A model generated the notes under the pieces. It searched no databases. It was not told the origin of the DNA and was given only the letters and a program-made list of their open reading frames with translations. 64,000 nt of DNA from Mytilus edulis (taxonomy: Eukaryota): positions 88,350,001-88,414,000 of the forward strand of contig NC_092351.1 of the NCBI RefSeq assembly GCF_963676685.1, read 5' to 3'. The position numbers and the translations under genes were made by a program. This document shows, in pieces, positions 1 to 13,319 of this stretch (positions are counted from its first letter, which is position 1; each line of letters starts with the position of its first letter).

Positions 1-1878
1 TACATGTTAATCCGACTGACCTCGCCCATCAACTTGTAAGTTTTGTATTTTTCATTGTAGCGCACAGTTCCTTCAAAAAGAGCGCCACCTGGTTTAGTTT
101 CTAACATAAGTTGATAGTCAACATAAGAATCTATTCGATTACCGAACACTACGGTTCGATTGATAACGTCCCAATCACTGCTTTTAAACGTCAGAACCTT
201 ATTCGGCAATATCAGTTTTGAAGCCAATTTTATTTCATTTAAATATAACGTTTCACACACAGTCGATTTATTGAGTTGTTGATTTAGCTCTAATATCACT
301 TGTTTTGCTGATTGCACTGCACTCTCAGCTTTAGTTGACAACATTTCGTGATCTGCGCACGAGCACCAATGAGGTAACATGTCAACGTCATTACACGTTC
401 GAGATTCCGGAATTTCATCGAGTAAGCTTGTTGATCTACTTTTATGTAGTTTCTCTTTTCTGTTGCTTTTGAAATGAAGAATATCCATCAAAGTAGCATA
501 TATATCAAACGGGGTTGTTAGTCTCCGTGAGTTAGTTTCTAAATTTCGTTTTAAATTCGGATATTTTTCATAAAACCATTTTGGGAATATAAAGAACCCA
601 AACGGTAAACGCTCCTCTAATTTTCCAATGAAGGTTTCCCGAACCTTTCCGAACCTTATTCCATGATCACTAAAGAAGAATAGCACTGTATTATTTAAAT
701 TATTGCCTTTGCTTAGATTTTCAAAGAAATCTTTATACAAACGATCAGCCATTGCTGGTCGCTCCATCCGGTCATGCGTCAATCTAGAAATAAAAGTAAA
801 TGCAAAATACGGATCGGATTTGAAGACGGTCATAAACTGTTTTAAATAATCCAAAATAAAAGCTGTTTCCGGACGTGCATGTATACAATTATTATCTGTG
901 TTCCATGGTTCATATTCCTTTTCCATGGCAACACTTAAATGTCTATTATAGTAGTCGGTCGCAGGACGTTCAAATCCCGCTTTGTGGTAATCAAAGATGG
1001 CGATTTTTGGTGCATCTTCTGCATAAAACGTCCGGTAACCTGCACGGGAATATTTATTCCACATAAAATCATGTTTATCCAGTGGTACATCTTTAACAGT
1101 TTCGTTCCATGGTAATTCTTCTAGATATTTACCCGTTGTCATGGGAACGATATTTGGAAAAGTGTTATCAGCTAACTTGTTGTATCCTAAAAGTTCAATT
1201 GCTGACATGTTTTGTAAAAGATATTTACGTGTTTCAGTCATATAACGAATCATGTTTATTTGCGAAACAGATTCTACTCCAAGCATCATGACGCTTAAAC
1301 GTTCATCCTGATTTTTCGAATATTTTTGATAAACTTTATTACACCTCTTTTCAACTCGATCTTTTCTCTGAACAAATGCAAAAAAATTTGTATAGATAGT
1401 AGTGTCGTCTTTTTCATAACAATTCAATCTAACAAATTCATCCTCACTTCTTAGTTTGATATCGGACGTGAAAGCCTCGCTTTCATTTATGTACCGGAAA
1501 TAGTCATGAGACGTTGGTTTTTCGAATGGACGCCATATTGTCTTATATTTACAGTATGACAAGTCTTTATACCTGCGCGATTCATTAACGGCCGTTCGGT
1601 TTACGACAAGTTTGTTGTCTTTTTGGTAAACAATGTCGACATCCGGGTCACATCTCAACACTGTTCCCGGTTTTAACAGTTTTTTGACTGACGGAGCAAA
1701 AGGGTCTACTTTTGGAATCTTGCAGGCGGAGGTGTACACTAAAAAGGCATCTTCTGATCTTGATGTAAATGAAAGGACAACGTTTGTCGAAGGAAAGTTC
1801 ACATTCTGTAGTCCAAGTATAAATATAGAGGCTGTGACAAATAGAAGTAATAGAATTTTCAACCAGTAATTGATGGAC
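1..1878 (-). CDS. DUF229-family protein (alkaline phosphatase/sulfatase-like fold, N-terminal membrane anchor); large exon, incomplete at the window edge, first exon not located
   Basis: Acceptor tttcAG at 1879-1880, then an open frame in the stretches translated down to base 1: SINYWLKILLLLFVTASIFILG (TM), CKIPKVDPF, SVMMLGVESVS, GYNKLADNTFPN, GYRTFYAED, FFSDHGIRFG..GKLEERLP, NSRRLTTPFDIYATL, RTCNDVDMLPHWCSC. Presumably absent from the ORF track because there is no stop in the window. Confidence 0.88.
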
Positions 1879-3994
1879 CTGAAACGAAAATCAAATGTAA
1901 GAATACATTGACGAAGTAAATTGTAAATTTAAGTTACCAAAATACACACAACAATCATTACATATCTATAACGAAACAAAAAAATAGACTTGATTCTAAA
2001 AAAATCGCCTTTTTTAACAGATCACGAACATTGAAGAAATGATTGGCGAAACATTTTTTATAATTCATCTTATTCATCATGTTTATATTTCATGATTTTA
2101 TAAAGAGTGATTATATCCGATTATGTTATTTCAAAACTATATACAGCCAGATTGAATTCACAAAACTCTCATAATTAACAATAATATTTCCCCAGATTTT
2201 CCTAACAATCTGGTTATCGAATTTGTTCAACCTTTGTTACTTTCAAAACATTAAAAACCTAGCTAAAATCACTCAAAATTTATAATGCCCAGTTAAAATG
2301 GATACGTGTACAGACAGACAGACAGACACTCCAATGTGATATGAAGCTTTTTGCACCCCCATCCCCCACCCCCTCCGCCAAAAAATAAATATAATGTTAC
2401 AAATTTTTAAAATGATCTTACAATACTTCAAACGGCAAGTCTCCATTTGAAAACTTATAAAACAAAAAGATCAAATGCGTTTTTGATTGTTAATTTATAG
2501 AGACAAGTAATTAAAAAAATTAAAAACGTATGTTTGTTAAGGGACTCAAGATTATATCTTGCTGTGCGATATGGGTTTTGCTTATTGTCGAAGGTCATAC
2601 GACGGCCTGTAGTTTGTTACACTCTACGTCATTTTGTCTCTGATTGAGAGTTGTCTCCCTCATTGGCAATCTTTTTATTGTTGTTCTTACCTTGAATTTA
2701 GTTTGTTTCTGTTTTGTTCCATTTTCTATAAATAAAATAAAGATCAAATTTAAAAAGGGGGAGTTAATACAAACCTTGACACTCAAGTCAAACTGCATAT
2801 CGTGTGAATTATTAATTTAAAATTTAAAAATCGTGCAACATCGTTTTAGTGTTATAAAACAATGTTTAAAGGCAAACAATGGAATAAAAATCTCCACTTT
2901 TCATCTATTATTTTATAAAGAGTTTTATTTTCAGAATAAAGATTAAAAAAAAAGAGTTTTATTTTCACGATAATTGGTCTATTATCGGTAAAAAGGGGAA
3001 TGAACAAACTACTTTTCAGTATTTTATTATCAACATAAATGTTAAAGGCAAGGGTTGGCGCAAACAAACTAGTTTAACCCCACCACATTCTGTATGCGTC
3101 TGTCCCAATTCAGTGGTTGTCGTTTGTTGCTGTGTAACATATGTGTTTTTCGTTCCTTATTTTGTACATGAGTAAGGATGTTAGTTTTCTCGTTTGAAAT
3201 GTTTTCATTTGTCACTTCGGGGCCTTTTATAGCTGACTATGCGGTTTGGGCTTTGTTCATTGTTGAAGGCCACATGGTGAACTATCATTTCTTTGTAATT
3301 TGGTCTCTTGTGGAGAGTTGTCTCATTGGCAATCATACCGTATCTTCTTTTTTTTATATATACGAACGTGTTAACCTCAAAACACTACTATCGATCGTAT
3401 ATCTGGTTTAAAATGATTTTGATCAACCCAATCATACAAATCGACACATAGAAAGTTTTCTGCATGTATTCAGTAAATCTAAAGCTACCTAAATGAATTA
3501 GTCTTATTTGTTCAAGCATAAAATTCAAGTGTCCTACCTGTTGAGAGTTTTGTGTTGTTTTAATAAATATCTCCGACTTATCTAAGTCCGTTATCTATCA
3601 TATGCTAGGTAACAATAGTTGTACAAATATACTATAAAACTAACGTGACATTGTGTCGGGGATCAACAAAAACATGCTCTTGTTTTTAAACAGATCACAT
3701 TCAAAATGGCGCGATCTGCATGGTCTGACTTAGACAATATACGCGAGAAGATCATATATACGGATCCAGGGAGGGGGCAGCCCTCTTTTTTTAGGGAAAA
3801 AATATTGATTATATAGGGAATCAATGAAGCGGGTCCCGTCTTAGGGCCGTCAGTGCCCCCCACCTCTTAGTGAAAATTTCTGGACCCGCTACTAAGTGAA
3901 GATAAGAAACATATAGCTAATTAGTGTCTAGCGGAAAATTGAGTGCATCTTCAGGGAGAGAACCTGATTTTTGTGATATGAGAATTAAACTTGC

Positions 3995-4473
3995 TTTGTA
4001 CCAGACCGATACACTGAGTGTGATCTTTAAACAAAGTGCTAGTTAAAACACGTGAGGTAACAGTCCACGAGAAAACATGTCACTCTAAGCGGAAACGTTA
4101 TCAACTCCGAACCGACCAGTCTTTGCTTTTATTTCTAAATATCGTATGCTTAGCAGAGAAACAGCAAATAACAACTATCATGTCTTTGGTTTGACATGTC
4201 AAAGGTTCGAACCCAGCACCACCAATCGCATTCAAGCAAACCCAGCACCACCAATCGCATTCAAGCAAACCCAGCACCACCAATCGCATTCAAGCAAACC
4301 CAGCACCACCAATCGCATTCAAGCAAACCCAGCACCACCAATCGCATTCAAGCAAACCCAGCACCACCAATCGCATTCAAGCAAACCCAGCACCACCAAT
4401 CGCATTCAAGCAAACCCAGCACCACCAATCGCATTCAAGCAAACCCACCACCACCAATCGCATTCAAGCAAAC
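3995..4473 (-). mobile_element. Degenerate tRNA-derived SINE (bivalve V-SINE-like)
   Basis: Minus strand has B-box-like gggttcgaacc, followed by tcaaaccaaagac...tttgctgtttctctgctaagca...agcaaagactggtcggttcgg, resembling the central domain of mollusc SINEs. Confidence 0.55.
4210..4473. repeat. 29-bp minisatellite, about 9 copies (aaacccagcaccaccaatcgcattcaagc)
   Basis: Near-perfect period of 29 (acccagcacc at 4211, 4240, ...). Confidence 0.97.
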
Positions 4474-6413
4474 ACACCCCCAATTGTTTATAATCCACGA
4501 ACGATAACTCTTAATGAAAGGAAGAACATTATTCTCATTATAAAACAAAACAAACAGCATCACTCGCGACCCAGTCACATAAATAATCGATCATGTTCGA
4601 AGTAGACATTATTTTTTCAACGACCAATATTAAAGTGTAAACGAACAAGCGTTGTACGTCAGGAGTTAAAGTAGTAGTTCTTTTTAACTGGCTTTCAGAG
4701 AGCATTATCTAAATTGGATTTAATTCCGTATTGTTCATAGCTTTAAGGTTCTTCACTCATTTTTAACTTGTGCTTTTATTAACAAAAGAGGGGGGATTTG
4801 ATTGTCACTGCCCTATGTTAATATATCAATCCTAGTCGTAAATAATACATGTATAAATGCCTTTTTTCAAATAAATTATTGGGAGTAGTGGTGTATGAAT
4901 ATGCTGAAATGTGTGTGTGTCTGAGAAAATGGATAGACTGAAAATGACAACCAGAACAACTTTACTGTAAACTTAATAGTCCAGAAGTTAGTCAATGTTG
5001 TCTTTCATTTTTATTTGTTTTTAATATTTTTTGTTTCCAATATGTGGGCACAATCCCCCTCCTATGTCTCCTATCCCCTTATAGAGTATACCATATATCT
5101 ATTGTCACCGAGGCTCTGTCAGTTGTATTCACTTTGAACATTTAGACCTGGACATCTGTCATTTGGTATTAAAACTGTTGAAGACCATGTGACGACTATA
5201 ACTAATCTTTGAAAATTTTCATTTTTTGTTATGTTGATCCCGTATTGACTTCAAGTTTTCTAGAATTTGGTTTTTTTTTTTAAATATTTAAGAGCTAAAA
5301 CCAACAGACTTGCCTCCTCCATCCCAAGCGCTTGTTTCAGAAAAAAAATTCTAAGTTGTTATAGATTTTTTTTCTGAAACAAGTGAACGTGTCCTCCCCG
5401 TCTCCCTCGTCTTTGTTTCAACTCGACCAAACATAACTAGTCTTGCACTGTTAGTAATCTTCACAGGCACTTGTCTCAGAAAAAAAATTCTTAGGAAAGA
5501 AAATTCTGGGACAAGTGCCGGAGGTAATCTTTCAGTGTGATGGAAACAGTTCTTTATTTCAGAATAATGGAAGAAACTTTTTCTTTAATCAGAATAACAA
5601 TGACTACTGAAGATTAGACGGGAGGTCTCTAACAGAAATAGAAATCGAAAAATCTAGCTTTTATCCATAGCCGTTACGAAACATCTGCATATTCAGTAGG
5701 TCATCACATCAATAAGATAAAATGATCAATCATGCTATCTCTGTTATGGGGAAGTACTGTTTAAATGTAAATGCTAAATAATCATGTACGGGTCAAAGTT
5801 TATCTTACTATCAGTTTACTATTACACACACCTGATCATAAATGTAAAAGTGAAAGATTTGCCTTTAATAAGTGTAAATTTGTCCGTCGTCATTTTACTT
5901 AAAAAAAAACTTTTCTTAATCCACCCGATACAAAATCAGTACATGCAAAACAAAAACACATTTTCATTTCAGAAAGGGGACGACCATTTGAAAGGGGACG
6001 ACCATTTGAAATTCTTGAAGATGGCATATATCATCAATATGATTATATTTCAGTCAGACAGCTGAGATCTGAAGTTTATCCATGATAATATATCGAAATC
6101 AATACCAGTAATAAAATTAAGAATGGAAACGGGATAAGAGACAACAACCCTACCACGGAACAAGCCGACCAAAGAGCAGAAAACAGCCGAAGACTTCCGA
6201 TGGGTCTTCAACATGTGTAGCGAGTAAATTTTTGACAGAACCTGTTAACTTCAAACTTTAACTGGTGTGTTCAACTTTTTTATTCGAGCGTCCACGATGA
6301 GTCTTTAGTAGACGAAACGCGCGTCTGGCGTACAAAATGTTATGTCGAATGAGTTTAACTAGATTGATTCACTTCTTCTTTAGTCTCGGGCCAATTTAGA
6401 GATTGACAATTAC

Positions 6414-6726
6414 TGTAAACCAACTTAATATGTTTGCGGATACGTTATTTCGCGTTTAGTCTTTTTTAGTCCACTTCACGGTATTTGAAAATCACAAATC
6501 AATACGCTGGTATTATTTTTTTCAGAATTGATATGATGGCTTATAACAAATGCATGTCATTAATTTTGAAAGAAGATGTGGGGTATACGTAAGAGACTTT
6601 TAGCTTTCAATCATAGAGTTCTTGATGTAGTTTATTAAGGAAAGATTCAATTTCTAACATATTTGTATTTGCGTTATTAATTTTTATTCTCGCGAAAGTC
6701 GCGAAAATTAGTTGGTTTACATGCAG
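6414..6726. mobile_element. Degenerate TA-flanked MITE
   Basis: ta|ctgtaaaccaact ... agttggtttaca..cag|ta inverted termini with internal ttcgcg/cgcgaa motifs. Confidence 0.5.
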
Positions 6727-7500
6727 TATACATTCTTAACCATATGCATTGCTGATGGACATATGTTTACATGTGCATGTAGATGCCTTACGTCTTTTAG
6801 TGTTGTTGGAATGCTGTTGCATTCACGTATACCCCACATCTCATTTTCACATCAATGACAGGCATTTGTTTAGCCATAATATATCAATATTAAATAAAAT
6901 TACCAACGTCTTGATTCGTGATAAGTTGTATGACGATCAAGATTATTATTACAGTTCGACAACCGCGTGTCAAGACAAGGATTATTTGACATCTAAATGA
7001 TGAAGGATATCAGTTATCCGAAATATTTAATATTTGTTCATGATTTTACTATTTTAGTGTGATGTTTTACCTTTTTTTATAATTACTTATAAAAGTTTTT
7101 TCACATTTATTATATAATATATATTAATACTATCAAATCTAATGGACTAAAGTACATGCATGTAATCTGAATTCAATTCATATTTATAAAAGTAATACGT
7201 GTACATACGATTGACATGATAAAAGGAACACAGATTTCAAATAACTAAGTATAATCACAGATTAATTTCGTAGTTCTATTCATGCTTATGTTAATTTTAC
7301 ATTTTTATTTTCTCTTACTATAAATATTAAATGAAGTATAATACAAACATTCATAAAAACTCTGAAAAAAACTGTCATCTAAAATACAAAACAGTTAAAA
7401 CAAATAAAAAGCGTATTCTAAAACGGCTGCCAAGAATGGAGCATTTTATAGAAATATAGGCCAAAAGCTAATATAAAATTTCTTAAATTTATTTCTTTTT

Positions 7501-7629
7501 TGTTTCTGATACACTCTGTGACTCAGATGTTTTGGTTTGTGATACACTCTGTGACTCAGATGTTTTGGTTTGTGATACACTCTGTGACTCAGATGTTTTG
7601 GTTTCTGATACACTCTGTGACTCAGATGT
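7501..7629. repeat. 33-bp tandem repeat, 4 copies, each containing TGACTCA
   Basis: gatacactctgtgactcagatg at 7508, 7541, 7574, 7607. Confidence 0.95.
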
Positions 7630-8154
7630 ATTGAATGTCACAGAAAAGCCCGGGTTTTATCGAAAGCTGCACGTGTTATAGTCTAAGACACTTGTATATA
7701 TTAATTTAATCTGACATTATAAATACACAGAAACTCCCAATCGGCAATCACCGGATAATTCCTCTACTCTTCTATGCGTTTGAAGGAGGAACGGAATAAG
7801 TCGACTTTAGACGAGAGAGCACCGACGTCCATGAAGACATTTTTAAAAAGGAGTATAATTATTTTAACAAACAATCCTCTGCAATTATTGTAACATTATA
7901 CAAACTAATATACAGCAAACCATAACTTATATTTCATAAAAATTGAGCTCAAAATCTACAAAAGAATTGGACAAGTTTTAGTCTGTTAAACTGCAACATT
8001 TTTAAACAGGTTTCGTCGCTTAATTTGTAGGTGCACTATATTAAAACATTAATAGTTAAATGAAGTCACGAAAACTTGAAATCTTAAATGTTAAGTATGT
8101 GAACCAAACCTAAAAAACAGTACCAAAAAAAACGAGAAAAAACATACAAAATTT

Positions 8155-11100
8155 TCAGTGATCAAGAAAATCAAATTTGGCTTTTAACTTTGTTCTCGTT
8201 TTCTTCTCTTCGGCTTCTACTGTGATTTCGGTACCTCCAAATGTCATCTGCACTACTATTTCTTTGTCTTTCACAGACGAACCTTGTAGAGGTACTTCAA
8301 TCTTTCCCAAGTAGTTACATGTTGGTTCAGTGGTATAGCTGGGATCATCGTCCGTAGACATGTAGACAGGAATCACCACTTTTTTAACGTCGCTGTTCAA
8401 AGGAAAATATGACTGGGGATTTAAAGATTCACCAACCTTGACCGTTTGACCAACTTCCACGTGTTTATCAAAGACGTCACTACATTTGTCACGTCCATTG
8501 GCTTGAAATTTCTTATCTCGTGGGTCACCCTCGATGAAGTCTCGCGTTGTTTTGACTCCGTATGTATATTTCGCCTTCCGGGACACAATTGTGGCAGGAT
8601 TGTGTCCAAACAGCACTGCACCTTTCACTACTGCTAAACCAGCATCTTCCGGAATGATGATTTTCATATGAGAAAAGTTTGTCTTGAGTGCTTCCTGTAT
8701 CATTGCACATTCTGAGAAGCCCCCTACCATTAAAATTGTGTCGACACCTCGACTAACAGGATTGTTTAGAATATCTTTTAAATGTTGGACGATACTATCG
8801 GAAACTTTGGTAAAAAGTTCTTTTATCATCGCATTATCCACTTTTAACTTATCCCCGACCCAGTTCATGTGTTTTGCATATGGCGTCTGCTTGATGCTTT
8901 GTCTCAAGTCGGCGCCGTTATTTATCTCTTCGAAAGCTTCCGTTAAAGATATAGGTATTCGGAACGCAGTTTTACCGGTGGCATCTGGACGGATAGATCG
9001 TTTCTTGATCTCAAATTCCCTAAGTAGATCAAGTTCATCAGATTTGCTATCGCACTTGAACCTTTGTATGACTGGCTCACCGACAACTTTTACGATCATC
9101 TGCATAAAGTTTTCATCTACTTTCGTTCCTCCCCACGCCCCGCCACTTGCTTTGTGTAGTTCCTTCAAATTGTCATTTTCCAGAACTTCCTGTACAGTTA
9201 TATCCACAGTGCCACCTGTAAAATATTTTTTTGGTGAGGTCAGTATTGACGTATCCAATAATCACATAATCACTAAAGTTGCATGATCAAGAATTTGAAT
9301 ACTAAAATGTCAATAACAATGACATATGTTAATATTTTTATCTTATTTGGAGACTATTGTGTTGATTGCAGATATTCGATATATATAAGTTTCCGTTAAA
9401 ATTCTTAGAATTCTAAGAAACAGAACTTCGTTTAAACTCTGATATATACATCAGTATTTACTATCTGTTGTTTGATTTTACGTAGATGACTTTTGGAATT
9501 TTATGTGTCTTTCATACAAGTGAGAGGTTTGGCTAGCTATAAATCCAGGTTCAATTTACCATTTTCTACATAAGAAAATGTCAGTACCAAGTCAGGAATA
9601 TGGCAGTTGGTATCTATTCGTGTCAATTATATAAAAAAAAAAGATGTGGTATGCTTGCCAATGAGACAACTATCCACAAAAGACCAAAATGACACCAACA
9701 TTAACAACTATAGGTCACCGTACGGCCTTCAACAATGAGCAAAGCCCATACCGCACAGTCAGCTATGAAAGGCCCCGATAAGACAATGTAAAACAATTCA
9801 AACGAGAAAACTAACAGCCTTATTTATGTAAAAAAAATGACGAAAAACAAATACGCAGCATATAAACAATTTTAAGGATGACTTGTACTTAGGTGAGGTT
9901 TTGGAATTTGTGTCAAATGTTCTGACTCCTTGGTGTTTTTCCATACAAAGCAATGTAAAATATTTTGCCCCATAACACCAATTTATTTTTTCATATAAGA
10001 TTAAATACCTCATGAAAGGTCATTTACCAAAATTTTCGAAGATTCTTAACTTTCTTTCTTTTGTTTTGAGACCCAATAATACCAATGCAAATATAAGGTA
10101 AAAGTCAGAGTCAGTTTAAATCTCAATTATCTCGAAAAGCCCTATTTATATTTTTTAGCTTATTTTCATCCTAAATTGATGCTCTACCAGCTTATAGAAT
10201 ACATTTTAACTTCTTAATTTATTAATTTTCATCTAGCCTCACCTAAGTACATCCTTAAGTGATGTGGCACGTATATTTTGATTTTGCTATTTGATAAGGG
10301 ACTTTCCGTTTCGAATTTTCATCAGAGTGCAGTATTTTTGTGATTTTTCATTTTGGTTATGTTTGTCGTTGGATTACTCTTTCATCTTAGTGACATAAAC
10401 CCCATATCCACATAAAACATACAAATTTATAGTCAGCAAAGCCAGTCTTTAGAAGCAAAAACTGTTATCATTTTCCACTAAATAATGATTAAAGCCTGAC
10501 ATGCGTGTACATTTGCATTTTGAGTGGCTTATCAAAGCAGTTTATAATGTAGAAAATAGTCTTACACGTTAATAAAAACGGTAGCATATTGGTATTCAGA
10601 GTAAAATCTTAATGGAATTTTCTTCTCGTATAATTTTTACATTTCAGGTCTTTAATGGTTATTATAAAAAAGAAGATGTGGTATGAGTGCCAATGAGACA
10701 AATAGTTGTTGATTTTACTTTTCAAACGACTCAATTCATGATTTCTGTAAGTATATTAAATATGTCATAAGATACTTTAACACCAACTTTCTGCCATTTA
10801 TTGTACTGTTCCTTCAATCTTACTTACCGCCTAGATCAGCAACCATATATTTTGAACCCGGTTTGAATACTCCCAAGTTACCGCCACCACCGGAAACAAA
10901 CTTTTCAACCGGTAGTATTCTGCAATACATGGCTGCGGCCTCTGGTTCCAATGAAATCATCAAATGAGTGTCTTTTATTCCAGCCTTTAATATTTAGAGA
11001 AAATTTTACATTTCAAAAGAATAATACAATCGTAAATGTTGCAATAATTATATTGTCAAAATGGTGTTTAGACTTGAAACACAATTTTAGACATATTTTG

Positions 11101-13260
11101 TGGTTGTCTTTTTAAACTTTTTGCTCCAAACATGCACGTATGTCGTGGTCGTGTTTAGCTTGAAAATTAGTGTTTTATTCTTAAACACTCTTAATTTAAA
11201 ACACATTTAAAAGCGTTTGAAATTTATTCATTGAAAAGACATTTGTACATTTATAATAAGCTTACCGAGAAATACATGGCTTCATTTAAAAACAGAGATA
11301 TATAAAAGCACGTAACATGTTTAAGCGTGCTTCCTATATAGTTTCATTAACAAATTTCATAGATATTGTAGGGCTCGCATACAATCAAAAAGTTTCGAAA
11401 ATCTAAACGACAAAATCCATAAAATATATATATTTGATGGGAACAAAATAGAAATACTGGCTTCAACAGAGGTCTTAATTATTCTATAGAAGATTGTCTG
11501 ATCATATCGTTTTTCGATAACGCAGAACATGTACCTATAAGTGATACCCCTAACTCGTGGAATATGTACCTGAATATATGATGCCACCTGCCTCATGACT
11601 AATTAACATGTACATATGATGCCGCCTACAGGTCTAGTGAACTATTAAAATGTATCTATGATGCCGTTTACCTCTTTTAGCATGTTCTTAAGACACCGCA
11701 CACCTTATGAACTATTTACATGTACCTTTAATATTATGTACCTCTTGTCAAACTACACATGGTGACCTAGACCTCGTGAACAATTCACATTTAAAGTCAC
11801 AACAACATGAACTAAATGTTAATGCATATACCTGCGAAGCGGCTTCTCGCATGAACTGCTTAGCACTATCATTCCAGATCGCTGGTACAGTGAGGACCCA
11901 GTGAATATCACTTTCATTTAGACCAGTATGACTGGATTCAAGATGTTTTACAAGATGGTTCTTTAAAAAACGTATCCCGTGACTAAAGATAATTTGTGCC
12001 GGCATCTTCTTGTTTCCCGAATCATCTGGTATCTCAGTGTGTCTTGACAGAGTCTGAAAAATTATTTATAATTAAGAACTGAATGCTTCTTTTTTGTAAT
12101 TTTTAGGCATAAAAGCGTTGACCACAACACATTTTGTGTAAAGCGGCGCTCGTTGTATTTTGTGCAGCCAGCCTTTTGCGTCAAAAGTTCCTGTGAAAAA
12201 CGTGTTTTGTAAAGATTAAATGTTTAAAAAACATATACATAGATTTTTGGACCTATGACCAATCTGGATATGAAAAAACAGACAATCAAACAGAAAATAG
12301 TCCATAAAAGGTGTAGCAAAAAAAACAATTTTAATGTTCTTATGACATGCAAGAACCAACTTTGTAGGTTGAATTTGTCACAAGCTGTCTAAACATTTAT
12401 TTTATTGTCTCTAATTATCATACATGTATTTGAAAAATCAACCGGGCCAACACTCCTTATTGTATATTGCCAGCGCACCTCGAGGCGATCCGAGCGAGGT
12501 AAGTCACGGCAGGGTTCGGTCCTTAGCATGGTCGATACAAATGCTTTGACTTTAAAATTTGCCTCAGTGTAGAGCAAAATATAGCTTTATCAATGATATC
12601 AATTACATGAAAGTGTCTAGACTATAATTGACTGTAATACCATTCACTGAACATTATGCTGTCACAAAAGAATCAATACATGAGCATTTGCAATCACTTG
12701 AATTTGTCATTCCACTTCCATCTTTAGTTTTGTATTTATATAACGCTTTAAGAGAAAGACATCCATTTTATAAGAATATTAAATAAAACAATAAGAATTT
12801 AGCTACACCCAAGGTCGGTGCTTGTTATGTTATTATAGATTAAATGGTTCTGTACAATATCTTTTTCTTTAAGTAAAAAATAACAACTCACAGTATTATT
12901 GAATAGGGACATTTTAAATCTCTTGAAGAAGTACCAGTCTTCATGTTCTTCCTCTAAAGCTAGCTCTGCATACTTCTCCTCTGCTTCGTATCCGAAAGAG
13001 TGAAACGATTTATTAGGTTGTAACAAGATACATGTTGGTGTTTTTAATGATATTAAATTCTTCTGTCCAGCTACCCATGTCGAATTGGTTACGATCTTAT
13101 TAGGATCGGTTTCAAACCAAGACTTGAAAGAAAAAGCGTAACCGGAAAACGTAGTTCCAAAATCTATGGCTGCCACCAAAATCTTGTTTGATTTATAACT
13201 GACGGAAAAGTCACTATCATTGTTTGAGTCTTTCGGGTCATATTCTTGGCAGTAGGCCAT
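8155..13260 (-). CDS. HSPA12: Heat shock 70 kDa protein 12-like (atypical Hsp70), copy 1; join(13260-12892, 12053-11832, 10984-10828, 9215-8155), 602 aa
   Basis: Motifs AAIDFGTTFSGYAFS, WVLTVPAIWNDSAKQFMREAA, LEPEAAAMYC, DLG|GGTVDIT, GGAWGG, MVGGFSE, AVVKGAV. GT-AG introns in phases 0,0,1; total 1809 nt in frame. An acceptor at 13293-13294 implies an upstream non-coding exon. Confidence 0.95.
9636..9865 (+). repeat. Abundant dispersed repeat family (aagaagatgtggtatgattgccaatgagacaact...)
   Basis: Recognisable copies near 2570-2660(-), 3070-3350(-), 9636, 10670, 24385, 25048, 31600(-), 34112, 35450-35715(-), 43085, 58895. Confidence 0.8.
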
Positions 13261-13319
13261 GTCTGCTTATGTTTTCAGTTATCTGTTCCTGTCTAAAAAA
13301 AAAAAAAAGGTAATCCACA

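Noticed and set aside
3538-3620. Possible first exon of the DUF229 gene (donor cag|gtagga)
   Set aside because: The phase-compatible frame hits an upstream stop before any ATG, so it could not be assigned.
4101-4507. Repetitive ORFs or a CRISPR-like array
   Set aside because: Products of a stop-free 29-bp minisatellite; no unique spacers, no cas genes, eukaryotic context.
8684-9286. 200-aa + strand ORF, and similar ORFs at 32712-32987, 48325-48862 and 1633-1869
   Set aside because: Antisense shadows of HSPA12 or DUF229 coding exons, with no recognisable motifs or splice context.
9398-9420. Heat-shock element in an HSPA12 intron (ttcttagaattctaagaa)
   Set aside because: Palindromic, but the TTC-GAA spacing is 3 nt rather than the 2 nt required for an HSE.
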